From Candidatus Omnitrophota bacterium (lineage in GTDB: Bacteria; Omnitrophota; Omnitrophia; Omnitrophales; Aquincolibacteriaceae), in the NCBI GenBank assembly GCA_016196545.1, contig JACPXM010000007.1:1-44074 (forward strand): DNA of 44,074 nt. The letters run 5' to 3'. Positions within the stretch are counted from its first letter, which is position 1, and each line of letters starts with the position of its first letter. A program made the position numbers and the translations under genes. Positions 17,053 to 25,618 of this stretch are shown piece by piece. The notes below the pieces were generated by a model. That model was not told where the DNA came from and ran no database searches. It saw nothing but the letters and a program-made list of their open reading frames with translations.

Positions 17053-17849
17053 CGCTTGACCCCCTTTCCCAAATACGCCTCAATCACCTTGGGATTGGAT
17101 TGAATTTCCTGCGGCTTGCCCTCCGCAATTTTTTTCCCGTAATCAAGCACCACCACGTGATCGGAAACCGGCATAACAACTTTCATGTCATGTTCGATCA
17201 GAAGAATCGTCACCCCTTTATCCCGGATGACGCGGATTAAATCAAGGAGATCCTCTTTTTCTTTAGGGTTCATGCCCGCCGCGGGTTCATCCAAAAGGAG
17301 CAGTTGGGGCTCGCAAGCCAAGGCTCTTGCGATTTCGAGTTTTCGCTGCTGCCCGTAAGCGAGATTACGCGCCAGCTCCCTCGCCCTTCCCGTCAGTTCA
17401 AAAAAAGCAAGAAGGCGGCGGGCTTGCTTGTAAATCTTTTTTTCCTCGACTTCCACCCACCGGGGACGCAAAAGAGAGCCCCAAATGCCTGTATGTCCCT
17501 TGGCATGGGCGCCGACCATCACGTTTTCAAGCGCAGTCATGTTTTTAAAAAGGCGAATGGTCTGGAACGTGCGGGCGATGCCAAGCCTTGCAATTTCATG
17601 GGCGGATAAGTGATTGAGCTGGGCTTGGGCATCCCCGTAATAAATATTGCCTTCATCAGGCGTATATAGTCCGGTGATGCAATTAAAAAGCGTGGTCTTC
17701 CCGGCGCCGTTAGGCCCAATCAGGCTTATGACTTTACCTCGCTCCACCGTAAAATTAATTTTTTCCAGCGCCGTCACACCGCCAAAGCGTTTGGAAAGTT
17801 TTTCAATGGAAAGGACAAAATCCTGGGAAAGTTTGCGCTCGGGTTTCAT
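17046..17849 (-). CDS. livG: Branched-chain amino acid ABC transporter ATPase
   Basis: GPNGAGKTT, GIARTFQ, LDEPAAGMNP, IEHDM, VIEAYLG. Confidence 0.93.
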   Translation of the reverse strand: MKPERKLSQDFVLSIEKLSKRFGGVTALEKINFTVERGKVISLIGPNGAGKTTLFNCITGLYTPDEGNIYYGDAQAQLNHLSAHEIARLGIARTFQTIRLFKNMTALENVMVGAHAKGHTGIWGSLLRPRWVEVEEKKIYKQARRLLAFFELTGRARELARNLAYGQQRKLEIARALACEPQLLLLDEPAAGMNPKEKEDLLDLIRVIRDKGVTILLIEHDMKVVMPVSDHVVVLDYGKKIAEGKPQEIQSNPKVIEAYLGKGVKRC

Positions 17850-18838
17850 TGCTTGCCCCCCCGCGTACTGAATTCCCCAGATTGGTACAAGTCCCCCAAA
17901 AGACCCTGGGGACGAAAGAGCATCACAAGAATCATGGAAAGCCCGAAAAGCAGCATACGGTAAATTTCAAATCCGCGCAAAAATTCCGGCAAGATGCTAA
18001 GCAGCACAGCGCCCAGAATTACACCGTAAATATTGCCCAGCCCTCCGAGCACCACCATCGCGAGCACCATGACGGACAAAATAAAATCAAAGCTGTCGGG
18101 GGAAACACTCCCTTGCTTAGCCGCGAAAAGCGAGCCGGCCAAGCCCGCCACAAATCCTCCGAGGGCAAAGGCGGAGAGTTTGGCCCAGATCGGGTCAATC
18201 CCCATAAAGCCGGCCACAAGCTCGTCTTCGCGAAGTGCGCCCCAGGCGCGGCCCAAGCGCGAATTTTCAATGCGGCGCATAAAAAAGATAACGACCGTGA
18301 TCAGCGCGAGCGTCAAAAAGTAATACGGCTCGGAATTCACGCCAAAATCATAAGCCATGAAGGGAAGCGTTGGATGATCAATCCCCAAAAGACCGTTGGG
18401 ACCGCCGGTGAGGGGATCTAAATTATTGAGCGCGATCCGGACAATTTCACCGGCGCCGAGAGTAACAATCGCCAGATAGTCCCCAGAAAGACGAATCGCC
18501 GGAGTGGCCAGAAGGACTCCGAAAAGCGAGCCCGTAAAAGCGCTGAAAATAAGGCCAGGCCAAAAGGGAATATTCCAGTGAAGATTCAAAAGTGCATAGG
18601 CATAGGCACCTACCGCAAAAAATGCGGCAAAACCAAGATTTAAAATCCCCGCATAGCCCACAATGACGTTCAAGCCGAGGGCCAGCAGGACAAAAATACC
18701 GGCGCTGGCCATGACATCAATGTGATACGGGTTGGAATCCAGAAAAGGAATGGAAATCGCTAGAACGAGCCAAAGAAAAGGGCGGTAAGGCCGAAGGACT
18801 TTTAAAATTTTCCTTCTCCGCGCGGCCTTGGATTTCAT
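17846..18838 (-). CDS. livM: Branched-chain amino acid ABC permease
   Basis: GLNVIVGYAG, RLSGDYLAIVTL, GRAWGALREDE, MVVLGGLG. Confidence 0.92.
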   Translation of the reverse strand: MKSKAARRRKILKVLRPYRPFLWLVLAISIPFLDSNPYHIDVMASAGIFVLLALGLNVIVGYAGILNLGFAAFFAVGAYAYALLNLHWNIPFWPGLIFSAFTGSLFGVLLATPAIRLSGDYLAIVTLGAGEIVRIALNNLDPLTGGPNGLLGIDHPTLPFMAYDFGVNSEPYYFLTLALITVVIFFMRRIENSRLGRAWGALREDELVAGFMGIDPIWAKLSAFALGGFVAGLAGSLFAAKQGSVSPDSFDFILSVMVLAMVVLGGLGNIYGVILGAVLLSILPEFLRGFEIYRMLLFGLSMILVMLFRPQGLLGDLYQSGEFSTRGGKQ

Positions 18839-19752
18839 AATTTCTTGACCACACGCGTTCCCAAGAGGCCCTGGGGCCTAAAAAGCAGGATTAAAATCAG
18901 AATAAAAAACGCAAACACATTTTTCCATTCCGAGGAAAGATAACCCGCGCCGAGGCCTTCCAGCACTCCGATTAAAATACCTCCGATCAAAGCCCCCGGA
19001 ATATTTCCGATGCCTCCAAGCACAGCGGCCGTAAATGCCTTCAGGCCGGCCAAATAGCCATCGTGAAAATTAATCGTGTTGTAATACATTCCAAACATCA
19101 AGCCGCCGGCACCGGCCATGGCAGAGCCGATCACAAAGGTCTGGGTAATCACACGGTTCACGGGAATGCCCATCAAATAGGCCGCCTGCCTGTCCTCGGC
19201 CAGCGCACGCATCGCCTTGCCCGTTCTCGTGTGCATGATCACAAGATTGAGAAGTCCCATCAAAATCAAGGCTGCGGCCGCGATAATCATTTGAAGATTG
19301 GTGAAAGTCACGGCACCGAAGGAAAACCGGTGAATGGGGATTAAATTGGGAAAATATTTGTCTTGAGGGCCGTAGAGAAGCATCACAGCATTTTGCAAAA
19401 GGAAAGAAACGCCAATGGCTGTAATAAGGGGCGCAAGGCGCGGGGCGTTATGAAGGGGGCGATAAGCGGTTTGTTCCACCAAGGCGCCGAGTGCGGAGCA
19501 TCCCAACATCGTGAAAATAAAAATGAGTGGGACTAAAATCACAAGGCCCGCGGGCCCAAAGGCAAACCCTTGAATCGCAAGGTAAATGGTCAGGCCTAAA
19601 TAGGCCCCGACCATAAAAATCTCGCCATGCGCAAAATTAATCAACTGGGCGATCCCATAAACCATGGTATAGCCCAGCGCAATCATCGCGTAAATGATCC
19701 CTAGGGTGAGGCCATTGATGATTTGCTGGAAGAAAATATCAAGCGCCGACAA
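18835..19752 (-). CDS. livH: Branched-chain amino acid ABC permease
   Basis: QQIINGL...YAMIALGYTMVYG..LINFAHGE, KAFTAAVLGGIG; start probably TTG 19752. Confidence 0.92.
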   Translation of the reverse strand: MSALDIFFQQIINGLTLGIIYAMIALGYTMVYGIAQLINFAHGEIFMVGAYLGLTIYLAIQGFAFGPAGLVILVPLIFIFTMLGCSALGALVEQTAYRPLHNAPRLAPLITAIGVSFLLQNAVMLLYGPQDKYFPNLIPIHRFSFGAVTFTNLQMIIAAAALILMGLLNLVIMHTRTGKAMRALAEDRQAAYLMGIPVNRVITQTFVIGSAMAGAGGLMFGMYYNTINFHDGYLAGLKAFTAAVLGGIGNIPGALIGGILIGVLEGLGAGYLSSEWKNVFAFFILILILLFRPQGLLGTRVVKKL

Positions 19753-19754
19753 AG

Positions 19755-19826
19755 CGTCACTCGGAGCGTTGCGAGGCAATCCCAAGATTTAGATCGCTTC
19801 GCCGGCAGCACGTTCCCGCTGTGACG
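19755..19826. repeat. Degenerate palindromic miniature element between livK and livH
   Basis: CGTCAC...GTGACG termini with internal GCGAGGCAATC / GATCGCTTCGC pairing. Confidence 0.5.
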
Positions 19827-19830
19827 AATA

Positions 19831-20964
19831 TCATTGGGCAGGCTCCACATAATCGAGTTTGCCTGAATGGACTTTAAATATCCCTAAAACCTGATTTTTA
19901 TTATCCCCTTTTTCATCAAATGCAATGATGCCCGTGATGCCCGTAAAACTCGGCGTCGAGCGCAGTGCCTCCAGAATTTTTCCGCGGTCTTTGACGCCGG
20001 CCTTTGTCAGGGCGCTCATTAAGATATTCGCGGCATCATAACCGTAGGCCGACCACAGGCCGACGGGTCCGTATTTAGCTTCGTAATTTTGAATAAATTT
20101 TTCTGCCGCTGGAACTTTTTTCATGTCTTGGCCCACCATGGTCGCGTAAGTACCCTCGGCAATCTCGGGGCTCGCGAGTTCGATAAACATGGGGCTTGCG
20201 ATTCCATCTCCTCCCATGAATAAGGAAGGAATTTGGAGCGAGCGGGCCTGCCTTATCAGCAAGGCGCCTTCCGGGTAAATGCCTCCAAAATAAATCATAT
20301 CCGGATTGAGGGGTTTTATTTTGATTAGGAGTGGCGTGAAATCTTTATCCCCCTGAGTAATGCCCTCATGGGTCAAAACGCTTAAGCCCTGCTTTTTTGC
20401 TTCTTTTTCAAATTCATCGGCGAGACCTTTGCCGTAAGTGGTTTTATCATCGATGAGAATCACAGTTTTAATCCCGAGGGAGGAAGCCGCGTAACGGGCC
20501 CCGCTGGGCCCTTGAATGTCATCGGTGGCCGAAACACGGAAAAAGGTGTTAAAGCCCTGTTTGGAAATATCCGGATTCGTGGAAGCAGGTGTGATTTGAA
20601 CCATTCCCGCAGCGTAATAAATTGCGGAGGCGGGCTTGGTACAACTTGAATTAAAATGCCCAATGACGCCCATGACATCGCGGTCTGCAGCAAATTTTTT
20701 GGCTACATTAACTGCCTGAGAGGGATTATGCTGATCATCCTGAGACATGACCTGAAACCGGTAGCCGGGTATTGCAAACCCATTTTCTTCAGCCTGCGCT
20801 ACGGCCAACTCCACGCCCCGGCAGTTTTCGAGCCCGATTTGTGCCTGATCCCCGCTCAAGGGCGCGGCGCATCCGATTTTGATCACAGGGGTCTTTGGAT
20901 TACCGCCACAGCCTGCGAGGATGAGGATTAAAACGACACGTGGAAATTGTAGGATTCTTTTCAT
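19831..20964 (-). CDS. livK: Branched-chain amino acid ABC substrate-binding lipoprotein (LivK/LivJ)
   Basis: Lipobox LAGC; APLSG, DDQHNP, IGHFNSS, ITPASTNP, DDKTTYGKGLA. Confidence 0.9.
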   Translation of the reverse strand: MKRILQFPRVVLILILAGCGGNPKTPVIKIGCAAPLSGDQAQIGLENCRGVELAVAQAEENGFAIPGYRFQVMSQDDQHNPSQAVNVAKKFAADRDVMGVIGHFNSSCTKPASAIYYAAGMVQITPASTNPDISKQGFNTFFRVSATDDIQGPSGARYAASSLGIKTVILIDDKTTYGKGLADEFEKEAKKQGLSVLTHEGITQGDKDFTPLLIKIKPLNPDMIYFGGIYPEGALLIRQARSLQIPSLFMGGDGIASPMFIELASPEIAEGTYATMVGQDMKKVPAAEKFIQNYEAKYGPVGLWSAYGYDAANILMSALTKAGVKDRGKILEALRSTPSFTGITGIIAFDEKGDNKNQVLGIFKVHSGKLDYVEPAQ

Positions 20965-21011
20965 AGCCTTTTTGTGTCAGTCTATTGACATCTTAAAAAG
21001 AAGCAAGCCAA

Positions 21012-21062
21012 ATAACCTACCGGTTCCAGGTTGCCGGCGGCAACCTGGAACCGGTAGGTTAT
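21012..21062. repeat. Perfect 51-bp palindrome (25-bp arms, 1-nt centre)
   Basis: ATAACCTACCGGTTCCAGGTTGCCG-G-CGGCAACCTGGAACCGGTAGGTTAT in the divergent livK / APC intergenic region. Confidence 0.9.
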
Positions 21063-21197
21063 CGGCATCCCTTTTATTAAGCTCAAATTGACCTTTCATA
21101 AGGATCGGGACAGCCCCTTTGAGGCATAATTTATTTTCTCGATTACCTCACTCATTTTACCTATAATTGGCGCTTCAATCAGGAGGTTCGCCCAAGC

Positions 21198-22925
21198 GTG
21201 CTAGCACTTAAGAGAGTTGAAAGGCCTCGAGAACTGAAATGGTATCAGGCGGGCGCCATGCTCTACGGCGACTGGGGAACCAGTAAAGCCTATGTTCTGG
21301 GCATTGCCTTTGCCCTTTCCGGACATGCCTCATGGTTTTTCCTTGGTATTATGTCGGCACTCACCGCCGTTGTCGGCATTTGTTATATGATTATCTGCCG
21401 CATTTATCCCGATGGCGGCGGCGTTTATTCTTCGGTCAAACATCGCTCTCAAAATCTGGCCGTGATTGGCGCCCTGCTTTTAATTGCGGATTATGTCGTC
21501 ACGGCCTCCCTGAGCGCGCTGGACGCCTTTCATTATTTTAATGTGCCCCATCCGGAACGCTGGGCCATTGCCTCGATTCTCATGATCGGAATCATTAACT
21601 GGATTGGCCCCACCAAAGGAGGAAGTATCGCCGCCGTGATTGGGGTTGCAGCCTCAGCGGTAGCGGCCGTCCTTTTCATTTCCACCTTGCCTTCACTTCC
21701 TCATGTTGAACTTTCCATGCCCAAAAGCGGCTGGAATTCAAATTGGTCCGTCTTTGTCGGAATTATCCTCGCCCTTTCTGGCGTCGAGGCCGTTGCCAAT
21801 ATGACAGGCATTATGGTTCATCCCGTGGAGCGCACCGCCAAAAAGGCCATTTGGCCAGTTCTCTTGGAAGTTTCAATACTCACGTTCTTATTGGGTATTG
21901 CTATGAATGCGATTCCGGGACTCACGGATCACACCGAAGACATGCTTCGCGCGCTGGGAAATCATTATATCGGTCCCTGGTACGGGAATCTCATTTCTAT
22001 TGTTTTCGGATTTTTGCTTTTATCCGCGGTCAACACCGCGGTTTCCGATCTCGTCAGCATTCAGTTTTCTCTCGCCAAGGATCGTGAACTTCCCCCTGTT
22101 TTTGGGATACTCAACCGCTTTGGAATGCCGGGATTGGCCCTTATCGTCGCAACAGTCGTCCCGATTTTAGTTTTGCTCTTTGAGCATGATCTCGTCCATC
22201 TTGCTTCTTTCTATGCCATCGGAGTCGTCGGGGCCATTACGTTAAATTTAGGCTCTTGCGCCACAAATTTCGGAATTCGGCTAAAAAGGAGGGAGCGTCT
22301 TGTTCTAACGGTCACTTCCATTGTCCTGCTTCTGGTTTGGGTGACAATTGCGGTTCAAAAACATAACGCGCTTTTATTTGCGCTTACCGTTTTAGGGGTG
22401 GGACTCACTTTAAGATTTGCCGCGCAAAAAGTTATGGTTCCGGCCGCCATTCCCGAAGAATTGCTTTCCGTCAATGTCTTATCGGTTTCCGAGGCCAAGG
22501 AAATTACCCCGCTTTACAATAGTTCCACCCTGGTTGCCTTTAAGGGGATTAATATCAGCCTTCTCGAAGAAGCGGCACTTCGTTCAAAGGCCTTGGGAGA
22601 AAATGCAGTGTACCTCAATTATGTGGAAGAAAGCCCTCCCTCCCTGGATCTCCCCACAGAAATGGCACCTTCCGTGCAATCCATTGAGTTGCTAAAGAAG
22701 GCTCAAACGATTTTGGAAGAAAAAGGGCTGACGGCGGTTCCAATTTGGAGGCTTGGGGAAGATCCGGGAAAATTAATTGCAAACACCGCCAAAGAACTAG
22801 GTGTCAAAACCGTGATGATTGGCACCACGAAACGCAGCGCCCTCATTAATTTACTGCGCGGAGACGTACTACGAACCCTCGCCAAAAATCTTCCCGCAAG
22901 CTGTCACTTGGTAATAAGCGGCTAA
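21198..22925 (+). CDS. APC-family permease fused to a C-terminal universal-stress-protein (USP) domain
   Basis: About 12 TMs with YPDGGGVY, DYVVTASLS, LSGVEAVAN; C-terminal ELGVKTVMIG...LLRGDVLR...LVI USP pattern; RBS AGGAGG, GTG start. Confidence 0.8.
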   Translation: MLALKRVERPRELKWYQAGAMLYGDWGTSKAYVLGIAFALSGHASWFFLGIMSALTAVVGICYMIICRIYPDGGGVYSSVKHRSQNLAVIGALLLIADYVVTASLSALDAFHYFNVPHPERWAIASILMIGIINWIGPTKGGSIAAVIGVAASAVAAVLFISTLPSLPHVELSMPKSGWNSNWSVFVGIILALSGVEAVANMTGIMVHPVERTAKKAIWPVLLEVSILTFLLGIAMNAIPGLTDHTEDMLRALGNHYIGPWYGNLISIVFGFLLLSAVNTAVSDLVSIQFSLAKDRELPPVFGILNRFGMPGLALIVATVVPILVLLFEHDLVHLASFYAIGVVGAITLNLGSCATNFGIRLKRRERLVLTVTSIVLLLVWVTIAVQKHNALLFALTVLGVGLTLRFAAQKVMVPAAIPEELLSVNVLSVSEAKEITPLYNSSTLVAFKGINISLLEEAALRSKALGENAVYLNYVEESPPSLDLPTEMAPSVQSIELLKKAQTILEEKGLTAVPIWRLGEDPGKLIANTAKELGVKTVMIGTTKRSALINLLRGDVLRTLAKNLPASCHLVISG

Positions 22926-23212
22926 ATCTTGCCGTCCCAGCGCCCGCCCTGACGCGCAATCAATGCATCCCAACCCGACCAAAAGCGGAAGATTCCGGTA
23001 AGTCCCAAAACTGCGTGAGTCACGTTTTTTTTGGTTTCATTATCATTTAAATACTGACCCAAGCCCGGCCAAATGATGAGCGATGCAAGCCCTGCGATGA
23101 CCGTCTTGCCATTCATATCCCCGTGCTTGGCGGTATTCTCGGCAAAGGCTCCGTTTGGAACTGCCATTACTGCAATTATCCCTAACATGAGATACACAAC
23201 TAATTTCTTCAT
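22922..23212 (-). CDS. Small exported/membrane hypothetical protein
   Basis: RBS AAAGGAGG, signal peptide ending AFA, WPGLGQ motif. Confidence 0.7.
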   Translation of the reverse strand: MKKLVVYLMLGIIAVMAVPNGAFAENTAKHGDMNGKTVIAGLASLIIWPGLGQYLNDNETKKNVTHAVLGLTGIFRFWSGWDALIARQGGRWDGKI

Positions 23213-23213
23213 T

Positions 23214-24431
23214 TTATCCTCCTTTGGTTTCATTAACCGGTTTCAAGGTTTTTAAAATATCCAAAAATTCCTGAGCGGAAACAAACCCCGTAATGCGGGC
23301 GGCCTTCTTTTCCTCTCCCTTTTCATCGAGAAAAAGCAGGGTAGGTACCCCAATGATATCAAATTTATCTATGACGTCTTGGATTTCTTTAGTATCGGCC
23401 TCTGTCAAATCGACTTTAAGGCGCATAAAATCTTCCAGTGCCGTGATCACACGCCTGTCGGTGTACGTGTACTGGTCCAGTTCATGGCATGGGATACACC
23501 AGTCTGCAAAAAAATCCATGACTACCTTTTGGGATGCAGATTTGGCGTTTTCCAACTTTTCAGGCGAATACGGTTCCCAGATCACACCCTCACGGGGCAT
23601 CAGGATAAACCCCAGAAGGCCGCCGAGCACCGCTAAAAAACCAAGCAGCTTTTTCCCCATCACAAACTTTTCCGAGTAAATGCTGGACCGTTCCATAAAT
23701 CCCAGATAAATGCCCCCCGCCATAAGTGCCGCAGGCCCCAGCCATTTGATAAGATCGGGATTGAAGGCAAGGAAAAGATAAAAAAGGCTCAAAGCGAGTA
23801 AAATCACGCCGTAAAGTTTTTCCATCCACACGAGCCACATCCCGGATTTGGGAAGGCGGTGCAAAAGCCCGGAAAATGTCCCTAACACCAGATAGGGCAT
23901 CCCAAGACCCAGCGACAAAATAAAAAAAACCAAAAATGCGAAAGTGGGATCCTGACGGGTTCCCACAAAGGTCAAAAGCGCGAGGATCGGAGGCCCAATG
24001 CAGGGCGCCGCAAAAACACCGACAAAGAGCCCGGAAAGAAAAATCCCCAGAAGCCCCTTGCGGTGGGATTCCTCCCCTGCTTTCTGAATCATCCAAGATG
24101 GAAGTTGAAAGGTATAAACCCCAAAGAGGCTCATGGCAAGGATTCCAATAATCCCCGCGATGGCGACTAAAACCCATCGGTTTTGAAGCAATCCACCGAA
24201 CAAAGATCCCGTCAGCGCCGCGCCGACTCCCAGCGAGGTGTAAGTCACGGCTATGCCCAGCACATAGACCAGCGCGTGTCCAAAGGCCACGGTCTTTGAA
24301 GTATGCTGATGTTTTCCGAAAAGCGCGGCCGTTACCGAAAGCATCGGATAAACACAAGGGGTTAGATTAAGCGCAAGGCCTGAGAAAAAAATTCCCAAAA
24401 AAGAAAGGGGTCCGCCCGGCAACTCCATCAT
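23214..24431 (-). CDS. DsbD/CcdA-type transmembrane disulfide reductase with C-terminal thioredoxin domain
   Basis: LTPCVYPM and AAPCIGP TM cysteines; DFFADWCIPC; lacks the DsbD N-terminal alpha domain; start overlaps the MFS stop. Confidence 0.88.
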   Translation of the reverse strand: MMELPGGPLSFLGIFFSGLALNLTPCVYPMLSVTAALFGKHQHTSKTVAFGHALVYVLGIAVTYTSLGVGAALTGSLFGGLLQNRWVLVAIAGIIGILAMSLFGVYTFQLPSWMIQKAGEESHRKGLLGIFLSGLFVGVFAAPCIGPPILALLTFVGTRQDPTFAFLVFFILSLGLGMPYLVLGTFSGLLHRLPKSGMWLVWMEKLYGVILLALSLFYLFLAFNPDLIKWLGPAALMAGGIYLGFMERSSIYSEKFVMGKKLLGFLAVLGGLLGFILMPREGVIWEPYSPEKLENAKSASQKVVMDFFADWCIPCHELDQYTYTDRRVITALEDFMRLKVDLTEADTKEIQDVIDKFDIIGVPTLLFLDEKGEEKKAARITGFVSAQEFLDILKTLKPVNETKGG

Positions 24432-25615
24432 AGGCGCCCTTTGAGATCGTGAGGATGATGCGTCATAAAAATTGCGATAAAACCCGAAATCCCAATGCTC
24501 AAGATCGAGCAAAGGAAGACCTGCTCCAAGCTTAAAACCTGATGCTCGCTTAAAAATCCGGTCCCAAATGTGCCCACGCCCACCCCGCTCATAAGCCCTG
24601 CCATCACAAGACCTGGCAATAAATCCCGGTGCTCGTCAAAATACTGAGTGGAAAGACTGATTGTGAGCGGCAAAAAATAGGAACATCCCAGACCAACTCC
24701 CGCGTAAGCCCATAATAAAGAAGAAGCGTTGTTTGTTTTAAGGATCGCCTGAAGGCTTGCCATCATCACAAAGGGAGAAATCCAATAAAGCTTACGTGCA
24801 TCTATACGAAGCGTTAAAAGACCCGCCCCAAGTCTTCCGGCCGTCATCAAAGCCCAAAAAAGCGCCAGCGCATAAGAGGCCACTTCCAGCGAGAAGGCCC
24901 TCGACTGATTCAAATAAGCTGTACTCCAATTCCCAACAATGGATTCCGTAATCCCGTAAAAAAATGCGGCGGCGGGAAATAACCACAAAGCGAAAGGAAT
25001 CGGAGGAATTTTTTCTTCCTCCATTTTTTCTACAGGAATCAAGGCCGGCTCTGGAACCACGCGCTGCCAAAAAGAAACAGCCATAATAACTAAGATGAGG
25101 GCAAATGCGAGCGCGCAGCCTCCCGTCCATATTTTCCTTTCAAAGAAAAAATTTACCGCAACCGGAGCTAGCGCTGCCCCCAATCCAAGAGTCCCGTGAA
25201 GCCCCGTCGTAACGCCGTCGCGTTTTTCGGGGAAAAGCTCCACCACAAAAATATTCATCACCGTAATCAAGAGGCCAAAACCCGTTCCCAGAAAAAAATT
25301 GCCGGTCATGAGAAGCCAGAAACTCATCTCGGGCGTCCGGTAAGTTTCCGCAGTCGCCAGCATAAGGACAAGATAAATCAAGTTGCTTCCGAGGCCAAAG
25401 TAATAAACATGGGTGCGGCCCATACGATGGAGAAACCAAGGGATGCCCAGCATGGTCACGATCGAACCTATGATTTCCGGAAGAAATAAAAGGCCGTATT
25501 GTTGATCCGAAAGTTGATGATAGCGGGGCGAGGTGAAAATAAAACTCGTGGAAGGGAGCAGGATAAGGCAAAAACCCTGAGCCAGAGAGGCCAGGTAATA
25601 AATAAAGACTCTCAA
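24428..25615 (-). CDS. MFS transporter
   Basis: About 12 TM segments, FWALMTAGRL motif of FucP/TsgA-like MFS. Confidence 0.8.
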   Translation of the reverse strand: MRVFIYYLASLAQGFCLILLPSTSFIFTSPRYHQLSDQQYGLLFLPEIIGSIVTMLGIPWFLHRMGRTHVYYFGLGSNLIYLVLMLATAETYRTPEMSFWLLMTGNFFLGTGFGLLITVMNIFVVELFPEKRDGVTTGLHGTLGLGAALAPVAVNFFFERKIWTGGCALAFALILVIMAVSFWQRVVPEPALIPVEKMEEEKIPPIPFALWLFPAAAFFYGITESIVGNWSTAYLNQSRAFSLEVASYALALFWALMTAGRLGAGLLTLRIDARKLYWISPFVMMASLQAILKTNNASSLLWAYAGVGLGCSYFLPLTISLSTQYFDEHRDLLPGLVMAGLMSGVGVGTFGTGFLSEHQVLSLEQVFLCSILSIGISGFIAIFMTHHPHDLKGRL

Positions 25616-25618
25616 GAC

